A stretch of DNA of 62,103 nt, the filler included, from Rhabdomonas costata (lineage: Eukaryota), in the NCBI GenBank assembly GCA_019059605.1. It is 26 parts of 26 records of this genome, joined end to end, with 100 filler letters (N's around TTAATTAATTAA, not from the genome) between each part and the next. Parts side by side here need not be neighbours in the genome. Positions count along the whole stretch, not along the records: positions 23,937 to 26,227 come from JAHMHO010004237.1; positions 26,328 to 28,615 come from JAHMHO010004238.1; positions 28,716 to 31,008 come from JAHMHO010004239.1; positions 31,109 to 33,399 come from JAHMHO010004240.1; positions 33,500 to 35,790 come from JAHMHO010004241.1; positions 35,891 to 38,183 come from JAHMHO010004242.1; 20 more parts are not named here. One strand, 5' to 3'. The translations under genes and the position numbers were made by a program. Below are positions 25,749 through 38,283 of the stretch, one piece after another (the first letter of the stretch is position 1; each line of letters opens with the position of its first letter). Below the pieces are notes generated by a model that ran no database searches, was not told where the DNA came from, and worked only from the letters and a program-made list of their open reading frames with translations.

Positions 25749-26154
25749 TCACCAAACAAACTTTCCCACTACCCAGCCTCGGGTGCCCACGGTGTGCTGC
25801 TCCAGCTGTCGCACCACTCCGCGCTGCACGGCTTGCACCCAGGCCTTCGCTGGGCCCACTCCAAACTTTCGGTTCCCAGGAATCACGTCATCCAATACAA
25901 CCACACTGCCCCGGTGGGCAATTTTCCGCGCAGCGAGGACATCGGCCGTCACGTCCTCAGCACGGTGCGAGCCGTCAATCAGAAAGAGGTCAACTCTTCC
26001 AGTGCGGAGGGCGGGGCACCGGGCCAAAGTGCTCTGACTGCGGCCCTTGTGCACCACCAAGCGAGCCGGAAAGAGTTGCGACAGCCTCTGGGCAAGTACG
26101 GCGGTGTAAGGGTGCTGAAAGGTGTCAAAGCTGTCAAGGCCGGCGTGGATATTG
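25749..26154 (-). CDS. Class I SAM-dependent methyltransferase (Methyltransf_24-like), terminal exon
   Basis: LSQLFPARLVVHKGRSQSTL...VDLFLIDGSHRAEDVTADVLAARKIAHRGSVVVLDDV matches the D-x-x-x-IDGxH ... G.++++DD motifs of this family. Confidence 0.8.
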
Positions 26155-26327
26155 CTGCGGCGAGGGCACGAGACGATGTGTAGTTAGCACTTGAAATTCG
26201 GTGTTCTCTGCGAATATAAAAAACCACNNNNNNNNNNNNNNNNNNNNNNNNNNNNNNNNNNNNNNNNNNNNTTAATTAATTAANNNNNNNNNNNNNNNNN
26301 NNNNNNNNNNNNNNNNNNNNNNNNNNN

Positions 26328-27631
26328 GTTTTTTGGGATTGCAGTCCACGGTATGACTCCATCGCTGCCGAGATGTGCTTTAACCACTCGGCAAACTCGG
26401 GGAAGCAGCGGGCATACAGCGATATCACCCCCGCCATCCCAGGAACCGTAACCTCGAGGAGCTGCTGCGAGGGCACAAACAAGCTCAGGGTGGCTCCGCA
26501 GAGGTTCACCGAGGCCAGAAGGTTCCACTCCACAGGGCTATCATAGAGGTGCAGCCATGGCCCGGCCAGAACGACGTAAGGGGTGCCCGCCATTACAGCA
26601 CGAGGCAGGGCAATGGACTGAACCTCAAGCCAGCCCTCATGCTGAATTACCCCAGAGTACGGGAAGGCTGTCTGCGCGCCCAGCTCCTGCGTTTCGAGGA
26701 TGTCGGTCTGGGTGGTGCACGTCGTCACGGATCGGTCCAGGTGGATCGACCTGTGAGTCGGGGAATTCGTCGGGCTCTCTGAGCCACCCAGGGCAGCCAT
26801 GGCGCCGCTTCCAGCGGAAGTAAAGTAGCGATCCAGGGCGGCATCCCGGGTCCCGCACTGAGTGGACTTATCGGCCCGTGCAGGCTGAGAGTCCTTCGAG
26901 GCCATGGAGAAAGGACCCCGGCTGGAGCTGCCTCGGCGCGCGGTGGCAGGAATCACATTGCTCTGCACTGCCCCCTCAATGATCACCACCTTGGACTGGG
27001 GCGGGGCAACAGGGGAGCTGGCTTTGCTGCCGCTGCCGTTGGGGATGCTAAGCCCCGCGCCACTGGCCCGCCCGGGGCCATTGCGACGCGCCGTGGCTCC
27101 TACGCTACTCCGGCTGCTGTGGCGTGCGGACTCCTCTCGGGGGGAAGGTGCCACCACAGAGCCCCTGGGAATGGCAAGGACAACATCCCCGTCAAAGGGT
27201 GGGGGCCCCCCCACGCTGCCACGAGACGGCGAAAGGGAGCCCAGGCTGGCGGTGGGAAGGCTATCCGCCCCGGGCTCAGCGGTAGACCAGCCCCCCTCCC
27301 GCAGCCCGGGGTGTTCCACGGACTCGTCGGCGTCGTCTTCCTTCCCGTGGGGTGCGGTGAACTTGAGGTCTGGGATCACCCCAAAGGAGACCTTCCTTGC
27401 AGTTGCAGAGGCACTGTCCTGAGGCGAGACGGACCCGCGGCCCTGGGCGGAGGGCTTCCTGGAGGGGCCTGAGTTGTCTGCAGGGAGGCCAAATACAGGG
27501 TCCACCACGCTTCCCGCCTCCCTCGCCCCGAGCTTGGGGGAACTGGGCGCCAAGGAGGGCCTTTGGTAGCTGCTGGAGGGCACGTTCACAACGAACCACG
27601 GCACGTCTCCATCCGGGGCCTCCTTCAGGTG
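26328..27631 (-). CDS. Long exon encoding a Ser/Pro-rich region followed by a PH domain (incomplete)
   Basis: More than 430 open codons after a gtgcAG acceptor. The C-terminal part HEGWLEVQ...YVVLAGPWLHLYDS...SVNLCGATL...SLYARCFPEFAEWLKHISAA is PH-like. Confidence 0.75.
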
Positions 27632-30075
27632 CTGCACAGGTGAGAGCAGTAAAAACCAATGAGGAACAAGAATCCTGAGTTGCAAGCATGCACATTTGGG
27701 AATCCAACAATTAAACAACCGAATTAACCCGGCAATGTAAAAATAGCCTGGAAACCGCAATTCAAGAAAACCAGATCCCTAATCAATGTCCCGCACCCCG
27801 GACTAAAACAAAAAGCGCACTCTGACCCACATGTATGTTAATACAAAACCCCACCACAAAAACGCAAGCAGGAAATCAGAACCCAAGTCGGCAGAAAAGG
27901 AAGACCATGGTTACGGTGGCTGTGTTTCGGGGAGAGAATACCCCTTGGACTAGAAAAATGGAAAGGCTACCATATCACTTGCATCACCCTCTCACCACCA
28001 CATCAGTGCATTAAAAATCTATGGGTTATATATATAGATTAAGATAAACACTTTTGAGCAAAGACCACCGATCCGGTTAATTTTTTTTGGGGAGCGCTAA
28101 ACGGCATTACACCGTAATACGGTCATGGGGCGGAATATGAAAAATGACTTTTGGCCATTCCGTTGTCTTTCACGTTGGTCAGTATTGGTGGTAGGAACTC
28201 ATTTCTGGCTGGGCCACCAAAACCACAAAGGGATTCGGTCAGTTTACGGGCGGAGGCCAGCCCGCGGCGCGGCTGAGGCGGGGACGTTCCCTGGGGATAG
28301 ATTTCAGTAGTTCGTGGCGATACACCTCAAACCGAAGCATGTACACTAGTGTCTAGGTGGGCCGGGGCCCGGGATTTAGTTTCGTCCCTCGTCGTGTAAA
28401 GACGTTAAACTACCGTTAAACGCCCCCCCCCCTCAAGAAAAAAGACCGCACTTGGAAGTGGGGCTGGGAAAATCTGGTGAGCCTGCTGGCTCATCTCCAG
28501 GGAAAAGTAGGGGCACACAACCTCCCAGCTTGAGAGTAAGTACTTCATTTCAAACCACTAAAGTGAAACAGTGAACCTTAACCGAGCGAGCGAAATTCGG
28601 GCGCCAAAGGTTGTTNNNNNNNNNNNNNNNNNNNNNNNNNNNNNNNNNNNNNNNNNNNNTTAATTAATTAANNNNNNNNNNNNNNNNNNNNNNNNNNNNN
28701 NNNNNNNNNNNNNNNACCAACCCTTCCCACAATGGGGACTCTGTTGGGGGTCAGATTAGAATGGTAAGGAGGAGGCCAGAAGATGGTACTGCACGGCGAA
28801 GTAAACCTGTGCTTCATGCGTCCACGTCCGAAGCTCTGGGGTCGTCCTACCATGAGACACTTCATCCGCTCCAGGCCTGCGAGGGGCAGGAGGGGCGGGC
28901 GGTACGATGCATGCCGAACTTTCTGAAAAGGCAGGAGTGGAGGACGGTCGAGCCTCCACAGGAGGTGGGAAGTGGGGCCCCTCACGGCCTTCCACTGGGG
29001 CCGCGGCCACGGAACTTAGCTTCCCTGTAGGCGGTGCCGCGGGGGCCATCCTCACAGATGACAATAAACTGTCCGAGCCCGGAGCGAGGGATTGGGCACC
29101 CCACATAAAAGAACATGCCGAATAGCAACGGACAGAGACTCTGCGGAAAAAGAAGCAGCAACACAGGGCAAAAGATATGTCCGAGGCGACGAAGGGACCC
29201 ACGTGGGAAGCAACAAACGCTGAGTTTTCCGAACCTTGTGCTGCTGCTGACCACGCTGCGACCATACGACTCAATGTTAGTGCAAAAGCCTTTAAGCCGC
29301 TCAGCACGAGCAGTCCGCGCCTTAACACGCGTATGCTCTGATTCGCAATGGGCGAATTTCAATTATCACTCTCTCATCTCCCACCGGGTTGTATAATTCT
29401 TGAAAATCGAGTGTCAGTTTGATTCTTGAAAGAGCGTGTTGGCAAAACGAGTTGCAAAGCAATCAATATGAAGCACATCTAAACGGAGTTCATATCAATT
29501 CTATATTTCAAACGTCAACACATTCTTTGTGACATTGATTGGGACACGTTTGCATTGCAGCATGGTGGAGGATGTCAGATTCCTGAAAGAGGAATGTCTT
29601 TTTTGTTGGGTTGGCGTGGGTGCATTCAAACGGAGTGCGCAAAAAGGCAAACCTGCCCCTGAGCATGGGGGAGGTTAATTTTTGGAGGTCAGGGTTGTTG
29701 TTGTGATGGGCAGGGGATGAGCGTCTCGAAAGTTGCGGTTACGTTACGGTTTCGGTTCGGGTTACGTTACCGAATGTCGCACCGATCGTTATGAATTTCA
29801 GAATTTTCCAGATTCCACCATGACCGTCTCGACATATGAATCTCATTAAAATAAGCCTTCATACCGATCGTGCTGGGGTTCATCACAGCGGTGGAAATGC
29901 GTGACGGCGGAAATTGTTTTACCTCCACTTGGGTTAGATAGTGACGTGTCAGTAAAATTCGAAAACTTTTACACCCATCCCATCTCAAAACAAACCTCAA
30001 AGGAGTGCAAGGCAAGGTCAATGGCAACAGCTTTGGAAGATAGCGTGTCCACCAGGTGATGGGTAGCAGAAAGCG

Positions 30076-30076
<1 letters not shown>

Positions 30077-30164
<88 letters not shown>
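30077..30164 (+). repeat. (CAAT)n microsatellite
   Basis: About 22 perfect CAAT units. Confidence 0.97.
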
Positions 30165-30168
<4 letters not shown>

Positions 30169-30802
30169 TTCAATTCCAAACACGGGAATCCGCAGGTTCA
30201 TCAGCAAGATGAGAGCAATGCTATGGCAGAACAAAGAAGTCCAGCAAATAATAAACGGTCGCAACCCGTTGCTTGGACTATGGTTGACCTCTCGATCCGC
30301 TAAGGCCCCAGAGTGTACTCATCACATCTGAAATCCTGGCAGGCAGCGGCCGATAGTCCTACCGCTGGTCACTCAATCGCAGACTGAACAACAGATGAGG
30401 TGTTAGTCTCCGGTAGGGCGGTCCGCGGTTGTTGCCGTGGAGGCTTGATACTCGAGAAGGGCCTTCAGTCCGACCTTATACGTGGGAAATCCTATGCAGA
30501 TGGGCAAGAAAACAGGGGTCTCGTTTCTGTATGTCCTACACGTTCGTGCAAAACATGGCCCACCAACACAAACAGTCTTGCTAATTTCTAAAGCGAAAGC
30601 CAGCACAAAGTGTAGCTGAACTCTAGGATTTTCACTACCCGCTTCGAAGAAGTACGAAAACGCGTGATTTAGTGCAGACTTATTGAGCTGTGCTTTTTGA
30701 GATGAGGTGGACAAAAGTGGTGGGCAAAACATAAAGAAGCAATGAACCCAAAAACCTGTTATGAAACGGCTCCTCTAAGAAGCATTCAAATCTTCAAAAT
30801 AC

Positions 30803-30918
30803 CAGCCTTTTGAGCTGCTTGTGCGTCCGCCAGGCATAAAGAGATGGTGTCACCGTGCAGCAAGATGACATTGTAGCGATGACCAACAAGTACCCCATCA
30901 ACGAACGTCCCGTTGGTG
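30803..30918 (-). CDS. Exon encoding the C-terminal half of an FHA domain
   Basis: AG/GT-bounded exon reading (S)TNGTFVDGVLVG...VILLHGDTISL, the FHA signature STNGT(F/Y)V...L..GD.I. Confidence 0.8.
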
Positions 30919-32470
30919 CTGGTTGATAAGTCACACCGTGCATGCCAATGGTCGTGGAACTTCAAAAAAAAGCTAAAATTAATCGAAGGTGAACAGTTCA
31001 GAGGAACCNNNNNNNNNNNNNNNNNNNNNNNNNNNNNNNNNNNNNNNNNNNNTTAATTAATTAANNNNNNNNNNNNNNNNNNNNNNNNNNNNNNNNNNNN
31101 NNNNNNNNGGTTTTGGGGTCACGCTTTCTGGTGAGAGAAACTGATAGAAACTGTTAGCTGTCCCTCTCGCCCCATGGCGGTGCGAAGCGATTTTTTCCGG
31201 TTTTTTATATTCTAAGAAACCTTACTTTCTCATTGACGATGGAGCAACCGTGATGCTGCTCGAAGGTGCGGAATCGTATGCAGGCAGCAAAATCGAAATA
31301 AATTTCACCGATTGTAGGAAAGGAAAAGGCATATTTTACGGCAAAAGCAGAAAGCATAAGGCGAAATGCGTGTTGCAAAACCAGAAAACTTTATGCCGCA
31401 TATCGGAGTTTATGCTGCTCACGGGTCCATGAGCAAGATTCGTCTCACTGGAGTTGCGATGCTGCTGTCTTTTTCTTTATATCGCCTGACTGCGGTGCTC
31501 AGGGCTGGCCTCATGACCTGGTGAATCACGGGTTCTCAAGGGGTCTTCTGGGACTGCCGTGCTCCGTCTGCGTCTGCACGGTGAAAGGTGAAAGGTGCTG
31601 GGCGTTTTTTCCGCTCTGAGAAAAGACTTCGCCCACCTACCCCTTCCCCCGCGAAATTGAAGCTGCACCGTTGTGACGACGACGACGATAACGACGACAA
31701 TCCTCTCTGCCGACAAAACAAATTCGCAGATTGATGGGAATGAACACGAAAGGGACAAACCGCGAGTTAGAGGAACCCTCTCTTCCCTCTTGGCAAATCT
31801 GTATTCATGGTGTTTACCCTTCTTGCATCGGCGAGCCTCTTGCCAGTGCTTGACTTCGATTTGTTCAGCAAAGAGGTCTTCAGTAAGTTCAGCAATTAGA
31901 TTGGCAGCACTCAAGTTTTCAAATGCACAGCTAAGATCTGTGGTGGGTGGAAGAAGGGTAAGCTGGGAGTCGCAATCCCTTAAACACGGCAGATCCCAGT
32001 CTGATTCTGGGTCCCGACAGGGATTACTCGCGCAGCGGCAATAGGCTGAGATATTTTTTTGGTTGCATTTCATTGATGATTTGAGTTTTGGAGCGTTGCA
32101 CGCGTTGTGGGTATGACCGCTAACAAACGAACGATAAAGTGACTGAGCAATAAGGCGAATAAACGTATACCCAGGCGGAACCTCATGGGAACGTCAAGGA
32201 TCCATGGCACCAGTGAATGCATCGCAAAAAAAACAGTTTCAGGGAGACGATCGGCGAATTGGGAATGTGGCTTGAGAAGAGCTCGTGTGAAGGAAAGGCG
32301 GAGATAGTAATTTATTGAGCCATGGATCCCTTTTTAACATGTGCGTGGCTCGGGGGGGGGGGTGCGACCCTGGCTTCGTTTTTCTGTGTGCCCCCAGCGT
32401 GTTCTTTTGGTGTTCGATTATTCGTGTTCGATATTGACCCCACTTTGAGTCTTGGGCCTGCGCCCAAACA

Positions 32471-33250
32471 ATGGCCCGGGGTAGCAACCACTGGGTTGCT
32501 GTGGTAGTGCTGGTTGTGGTGGTCTCGTACTACCTGCTGGGTGACCTATTTGCGGTATCCTCGGAGGAGGAGGTGACCTGCGCCTCCTTGACGGAGTGCG
32601 GTGCCGGGCGTGCTCCAGCCCCGGACCGGCTGTCCCGGAGGTGCCAGCTTTTCCCATGCAGCCCCGAGGAGTGCTGCATCACTGTTGTGCAACTTGGCAC
32701 CGTTCCTCAACCAGGTTAGTGTGACACGCCTGCAGACTTATCGCCATTTTGGTTTGACCTGATTCCTTGCTACGCTTTCTTCGTTGGTGTGCGGTATGTT
32801 TTTGCGAAGGGCTCAAAAGGAGCTCTGGCCGCGCTTCTCCAACCAGAATCGTGTGTCAAGGGAAGAACTTGAATTGCTTCTTTTTGGCACATTTGAAGAA
32901 GCTGAAATTTCACATGTTCAAGTATGTTCGTATGGAAATGTTTCAGAATATTAATTGTAAGATGGGCAAGTAGGTCACGCAAAACCATATCGAAGAGTCA
33001 GAGACTCTCTTCTGTGCGTCGACCTTTTCGATTCCCTCCTTTGAAGAGATCGTGATGATCTGTGAGCTTGGTGGTTGCGCTTTGTTGATCTGCGTTTTTT
33101 TTTGGGGGGGGGTGCCAGTTGCGGCGGAAAGGCTGCAGCGGCCGGATTGTAGCACTCTACCCTCGTGTTGGCCTCAACTGCCGCTGCGCGAGCCCTCGGC
33201 AAGAAAGTGCGTCGGCCCTCGGTGCACGCCAGAGGAGTGCTGCGTGGAAG
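32471..33250 (+). CDS. Type II membrane protein with 6-Cys repeats (exons 32471-32714, 33119-33250)
   Basis: N-terminal TM segment WVAVVVLVVVVSYYLL. Each exon holds one C-x4-C-x11/13-C-x4-C-x-PEECC module and ends at a phase-1 GT donor. Confidence 0.7.
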
Positions 33251-33499
33251 GTGATGGCTTCTCAAGTTTCTTTTTGTATTGGGAGGGAGCCAAAGGCTCG
33301 GATCAGGTTTTCCCTTTCCTGCCACGTTTCCTGGGAAGAGTGAAATGGCTGCCGGAAGGGAGTACAGTACGCCTTTGCCTCGTTTGTAAAATCCAAAAAN
33401 NNNNNNNNNNNNNNNNNNNNNNNNNNNNNNNNNNNNNNNNNNNTTAATTAATTAANNNNNNNNNNNNNNNNNNNNNNNNNNNNNNNNNNNNNNNNNNNN

Positions 33500-34040
33500 G
33501 TGGTTGGTGGAGGCTACACTGCTGAACTCGTAGTGCTGTTCTTGTGTTTCTGTCTTTTGGGATCATTTTTCAACATTCGTGGTCAGTTTGGTGCTTGTGT
33601 GTGTGCCTGGTGTGTACTTGTGGTGTGATGTATGTGTCGGGGTTCGGTGTAGGAATTTGGTTTGTGGCTTGGATTCTAGTGTTGGTGTTGTGCTTTCTGG
33701 TGTCGGTTTCTTGGTTCTGATGTTAGTGTTGCTGTTGGTTTCGGAGTGTTGTGTTGGTGTGGAGTGGATGGTTGTAGTGGTTTTGATGCTGTTGGATTTT
33801 GAGGATCTGTGGTGCAATGGTTGTCTTGGAGTCGGAGCGTGGTTGTAGTGGAGCAATGAATTTTGGTGGTAGTAGTTGGATGTTGGTGGTAGTGGAGCAT
33901 GCTTTTGGTTTCGTGGTTGATGTGAATGCTGTGGAGTGATGCTGCGTGTTTCCGACACTCTGTGTAGTTCTTGAGTTCTGAGTGCTGCGTGTAATGTGAT
34001 ACAAGTGGTGGTTGAGTTGTGGTGTAGTGGTGAACATCAG
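33500..34040. repeat. G/T-rich low-complexity tract
   Basis: Strong strand asymmetry with degenerate TGG/TGT/GTT units. Confidence 0.75.
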
Positions 34041-35181
34041 CATGTCTGTAGCTATGTATCAGCATGAATTTAGAAGATGATAGAATAGAGGAACCACCAG
34101 ATGCCATGATGAATCCCTTACATCAAACTCACGTTGAATGGTTCTGACATAGTGAGAGTGAAGAATTTGAGATGAATCCTTCACTTTTACTGCTGGTGTC
34201 TTTGTGACATTCCCAATCCATATGGCTCCACTTTGTGACCCATCCTACGTGTAAGAGTGAGAGTGTAATGGCCTCGAAGATAGAAAGAGGCAATTCCTAC
34301 CTGCGGTGCATTCCACTACTCTTTCATGTCTTTGATACGCTCATACATGCCCTCTATAAAACACTGGTGTGGTGGAGAATGGATGTAGAGACCTAAATTG
34401 TCAAGGATCATCAGGAACATGGCCGATTCAGTTGTCACATTCACACTCACACTCGCTACGCTCCTGTTCGTGTTATGTTTCTCTGACGACACACCCGTTC
34501 ACATTCACTCCCTCAGGTCGTTTATGTTTTCTCCTGTTATTCTGCATGTTGTACGTTTCATTCACACTCACTTCGTTCCTGTTTATGTCACGCTCTTACT
34601 TGCTGCGCAATGTCCTCGTGTTCATGTATTGAGATCCCAACATAGTGGAAGTGGTAAAAATGAAGATTGATGAAGGGGTGATTAGTATGATGATGGTAGT
34701 GATGTATGGACGTGGGGCCCCCGAGAGAGTTTACCAGGTCTCTGATCACTTCTTTCGTTCCTCCTACATGTGATAGTAACTATCACACTCGCTACGCTAC
34801 TGTTAGTTTTCATGTTCATCTCTTGTGTGAGAAGAAGAAGATACTTTACTTCCTCACCAGATACGCTCGTTAGACCTTCCATCCCCTACCCACACTCACT
34901 GAGGTCATGTTTGTGGGGCCCCCACGATCTGCTGTGCTGAGTTAGTGAAAATGACTTTGCATTTTCTATCCTCCTACTCGCTACTACGCTCGCGTCATCA
35001 TGGTACTGTTCTACTCTCGTTCATTCAACCCAAACTCAAGAAGGATGTTAGAAATCAGACGTAGTCACTCTCCACCTGACAGTGGTAGGGTTCTCCTCTT
35101 TCTGTTGATTACGTGTTCACATTTGTTGTCACATAAAACTTTCATAAATATTGGTTTTTTTAAACTATGCCGTAAAAAATC

Positions 35182-35790
35182 GGCAATAGTTTGGCTATTG
35201 CACCCCCCCAGCAGTTTGGATGAAGCACCCCCCACTCCACATCAGTTCGGCTGAGGCAATACACCTCCCCTGGTAGGTATTAAATGTGCAAGGCCACATA
35301 ACCAGAGATAAGCTGGTGGGGGGGCTCCGCCCCCCACCCCCCCGTACGTGCATTGCCTCCTAACTCCATGCCATCACATCATCATGATCAGGAGCTCCCA
35401 GATACATGACAGTTACACGACAGTTTGTACTTGTTGCAGAACTGTTTGTGGCACATAATGTCGTTCACGTACCGAGACATTGAAGACATATGCGCGACGG
35501 AGCACAACTTGATACGATGGCTGCAAGAATCCGGCGTGGTTAAGGCTCCGGAGCAGTGCCGGTGCGGGAACGAGGAGTTGAAGCTGTCCAACCGGAAGGG
35601 GAAGACAGTTTTTTGGTGTATGTACCACCGATGCAATGCGACGTACGCGGTGGCGTCCGTGTTCGGGAGGAAGAAGAGAATTACGCTGGGAAACATCGTG
35701 AAGATCGTGTATTTCTGGGCGATGAAGACGCCCTTCAACACGATTGCCATAATACGTGGTATTGGCCTTGAAGCACTGAACCCACACCCC
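35182..35790 (+). mobile_element. Merlin / IS1595 (ISXO2-like) DNA transposon, 5' part; transposase ORF from 35458 to contig end
   Basis: MSFTY...LIRWLQESGVVKAPEQCRCG...KGKTVFWCMYHRC...SVFGRKKRITLGNIVKIVYFWA matches the Zn-ribbon/HTH N-terminus of Merlin transposases. Candidate terminus GGCAA at 35182. The DDE domain is beyond the contig end. Confidence 0.7.
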
Positions 35791-37634
35791 NNNNNNNNNN
35801 NNNNNNNNNNNNNNNNNNNNNNNNNNNNNNNNNNTTAATTAATTAANNNNNNNNNNNNNNNNNNNNNNNNNNNNNNNNNNNNNNNNNNNNTTGTGGTTTT
35901 GGTTCTGGTTCGTGGGTGGTGAGCGTTGGCGTTGGTTTTGCTTCTGTTCGGGTTCGCGACGTATTCTTGGATTCTGACCTTGGATGTTGTTACCAGAGTG
36001 GACGGCTTCGGATCAACGATAAGGGTATCCTTACTCAAGTCCTTCAGCTACGCCTTAGAGTCTGGGTTGGGTGGGGCGAGTTGTGTGATCACGCCACTGG
36101 TTGGTCAAGGTTGCATAACCCCATCTACAACACTATGCGTGGGGGATAAGCACAGGACGGGTAGTCGGCCGTGAGGTTCGTACCGCCATCCCGCATCCCA
36201 CGTGTAGCCATAGCTTAAGTTATGGTTCCTCACCCACCATGGTAGCGCGTGGTATGGTTAAACCGAGGCTGTCGTGGTAGCATTGGCAACCATAGCAGTA
36301 GTAGGGTACAGCAGTGTGGTAGGACACTGTTGTATGGCCATTGGCACCACAGTACCGATGCGTCTATGCCAACGTAGGGGCTCTGTTACCCTATTAGTAG
36401 TGTATACGTGTATGTGCTGACTCATGTTGGTCTTGGCGTAGGTCGTAGCATAGTGCGTTAAGGTTACACTTAGCCTCTATGTGTGTACCGTACCAAGCCA
36501 ACATTAGGGTAAGGTCAACCATGGCATAACGTCAACCCAACTGGGCGTAACACACCCTGTAATCCCATCCACTGGTTGAGGCGATGTTGTGTTATGGGCA
36601 TGGTGTCATGTCTTGGTGAGTTGGCATGGGCGTCACAACCCTGTCAGTCTTCCGCTTCAAGGGGTGATGTCATGTTGTGGTGGCCATGGCCTCCAACCCT
36701 GTGCATGGGTCGTGGCGTTACAACCACGTAATTCTTCTGCGTTGGGTCTGGATGGTGTGGTGGACTCTGCCCTTCATGACGGCTTCAACAACGGTCATAG
36801 CATCATCATCCCTCGTCCACCCAACCTTGGATGCTGTTGTTGTGTGCCGATGTTGATGTTGAGCCAACCACTACCGGTGTGGTGGTCAGCACAGTAAGGG
36901 CATGTCCTGTTGTATGTCCGATGCTGTCGTTGCCATCCTCCGTGGCGACGTGTTAGGGCATATTCCCATTGCCTCATCTCTTCTCTCTTCGCGTGGGAGT
37001 GTCACCGCTTCTTGTGTCGAGGGAGGATGTTGGTGCGTAGGGTGTGTGTGCTGTCATCGTAGTGGTTATGGGCATTGGCACATCCAAGCCATCCACGCCC
37101 AGCAACCCACCGAAGTCAGCCCGTGGGTTCATGGCCGTGGCAAAGGTCGGAGTGAGCGGAAGCACCCTATGGTGGAGAAGCGAACGTAGAGACACGTGTT
37201 GATGCTGTTCGTTCCACCGCCATGAGGCGCTTCCACTCACGAACCCAACTCAGAAGAGGGAACTCAGACGTCGTCACTCCGCGACTGACGTCGGTACGTT
37301 CCTCCTCTTCATGACGTCGTGACTCTCGGTACCTCGAGTCCCTCCTCTGTATGATGGTTCACTCCACCGCTACGATGGATACCAGCGCTGACTGAAGTCC
37401 GGCTTTGCACATTCCTCCACCAGAAAAACTCAACAGCAAATGCCGACCGAAAACCTCACCGGAAAACTACGATACGGTGCATGGTCGCCCACAATGTAAC
37501 CCGACCCCACCCCAGCAGAAGCCGCCCCCGCCACACCTGCAGCAGCGCCGAAACACTTGCGCTTCGAGGCGCCTCACCCTGTGATGTTGTACACTGAAAG
37601 CAGCAAAGAGGAAACGCAGAGCTCGCAGCTCAGC

Positions 37635-37838
37635 TCAGCCCCGCTGGGGCTCGATGAGGATCTTCCCCTGAGTGGCTTGCTTTTTGTACTCCTTCAACCC
37701 CAAGGGGGCTTGGGCCAGAGAGTACCTGGCGCGGTAGTCTGTGCGGAGGTCCGTGGTCAGCAGGGCTACCACGCGGCGGTACACGGAGAGCATCCGCAAG
37801 GGGCCACCCTCGGCCAGCCAGAAGGGCAGGTACAGCCC
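37635..37838 (-). CDS. Terminal exon of an MDR-family (zinc-type ADH/quinone oxidoreductase-like) enzyme
   Basis: After a catAG acceptor: GLYLPFWLAEGGPLRML...LLTTDLRTDYRARYSLAQAPLGLKEYKKQATQGKILIEP-QRG-TGA, with the typical MDR ending GK(I/V)L+.P. Confidence 0.7.
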   Translation of the reverse strand, partial: GLYLPFWLAEGGPLRMLSVYRRVVALLTTDLRTDYRARYSLAQAPLGLKEYKKQATQGKILIEPQRG

Positions 37839-38283
37839 CTATGTGACATGACAAACCGACCCTTTCTTTCACCCGCTCCTCTATAGTTTTCTGCTCTATT
37901 TTATGATGTTTCTGCAGTTTACAAACTGTCACAGCCCAAGGGTTGTACACAACCCATGGTAGTGCAAATGGCAACGAGTTTGTGATGTACTCCCCGGCCT
38001 TCCCCTGAAAACCGGAAAACGAAAGTTTCCGAAGGAACCTCAACATTGCGGACATCATATTAAGTAGCATACTTCAAAGCATCACATACACTTCAAAACT
38101 TTTACCAGTTTGCTTAATAACTTGTCTCCTTTCCTGATATATGATAAAAAGGCCATCAGATTTAAAACCCACAACACCAGACANNNNNNNNNNNNNNNNN
38201 NNNNNNNNNNNNNNNNNNNNNNNNNNNTTAATTAATTAANNNNNNNNNNNNNNNNNNNNNNNNNNNNNNNNNNNNNNNNNNNN

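Noticed and set aside
36155-36195. 16S-rRNA-like snippet GGGTAGTCGGCCGTGAG
   Set aside because: No flanking conserved rRNA motifs follow; chance similarity within the unclassified repeat.
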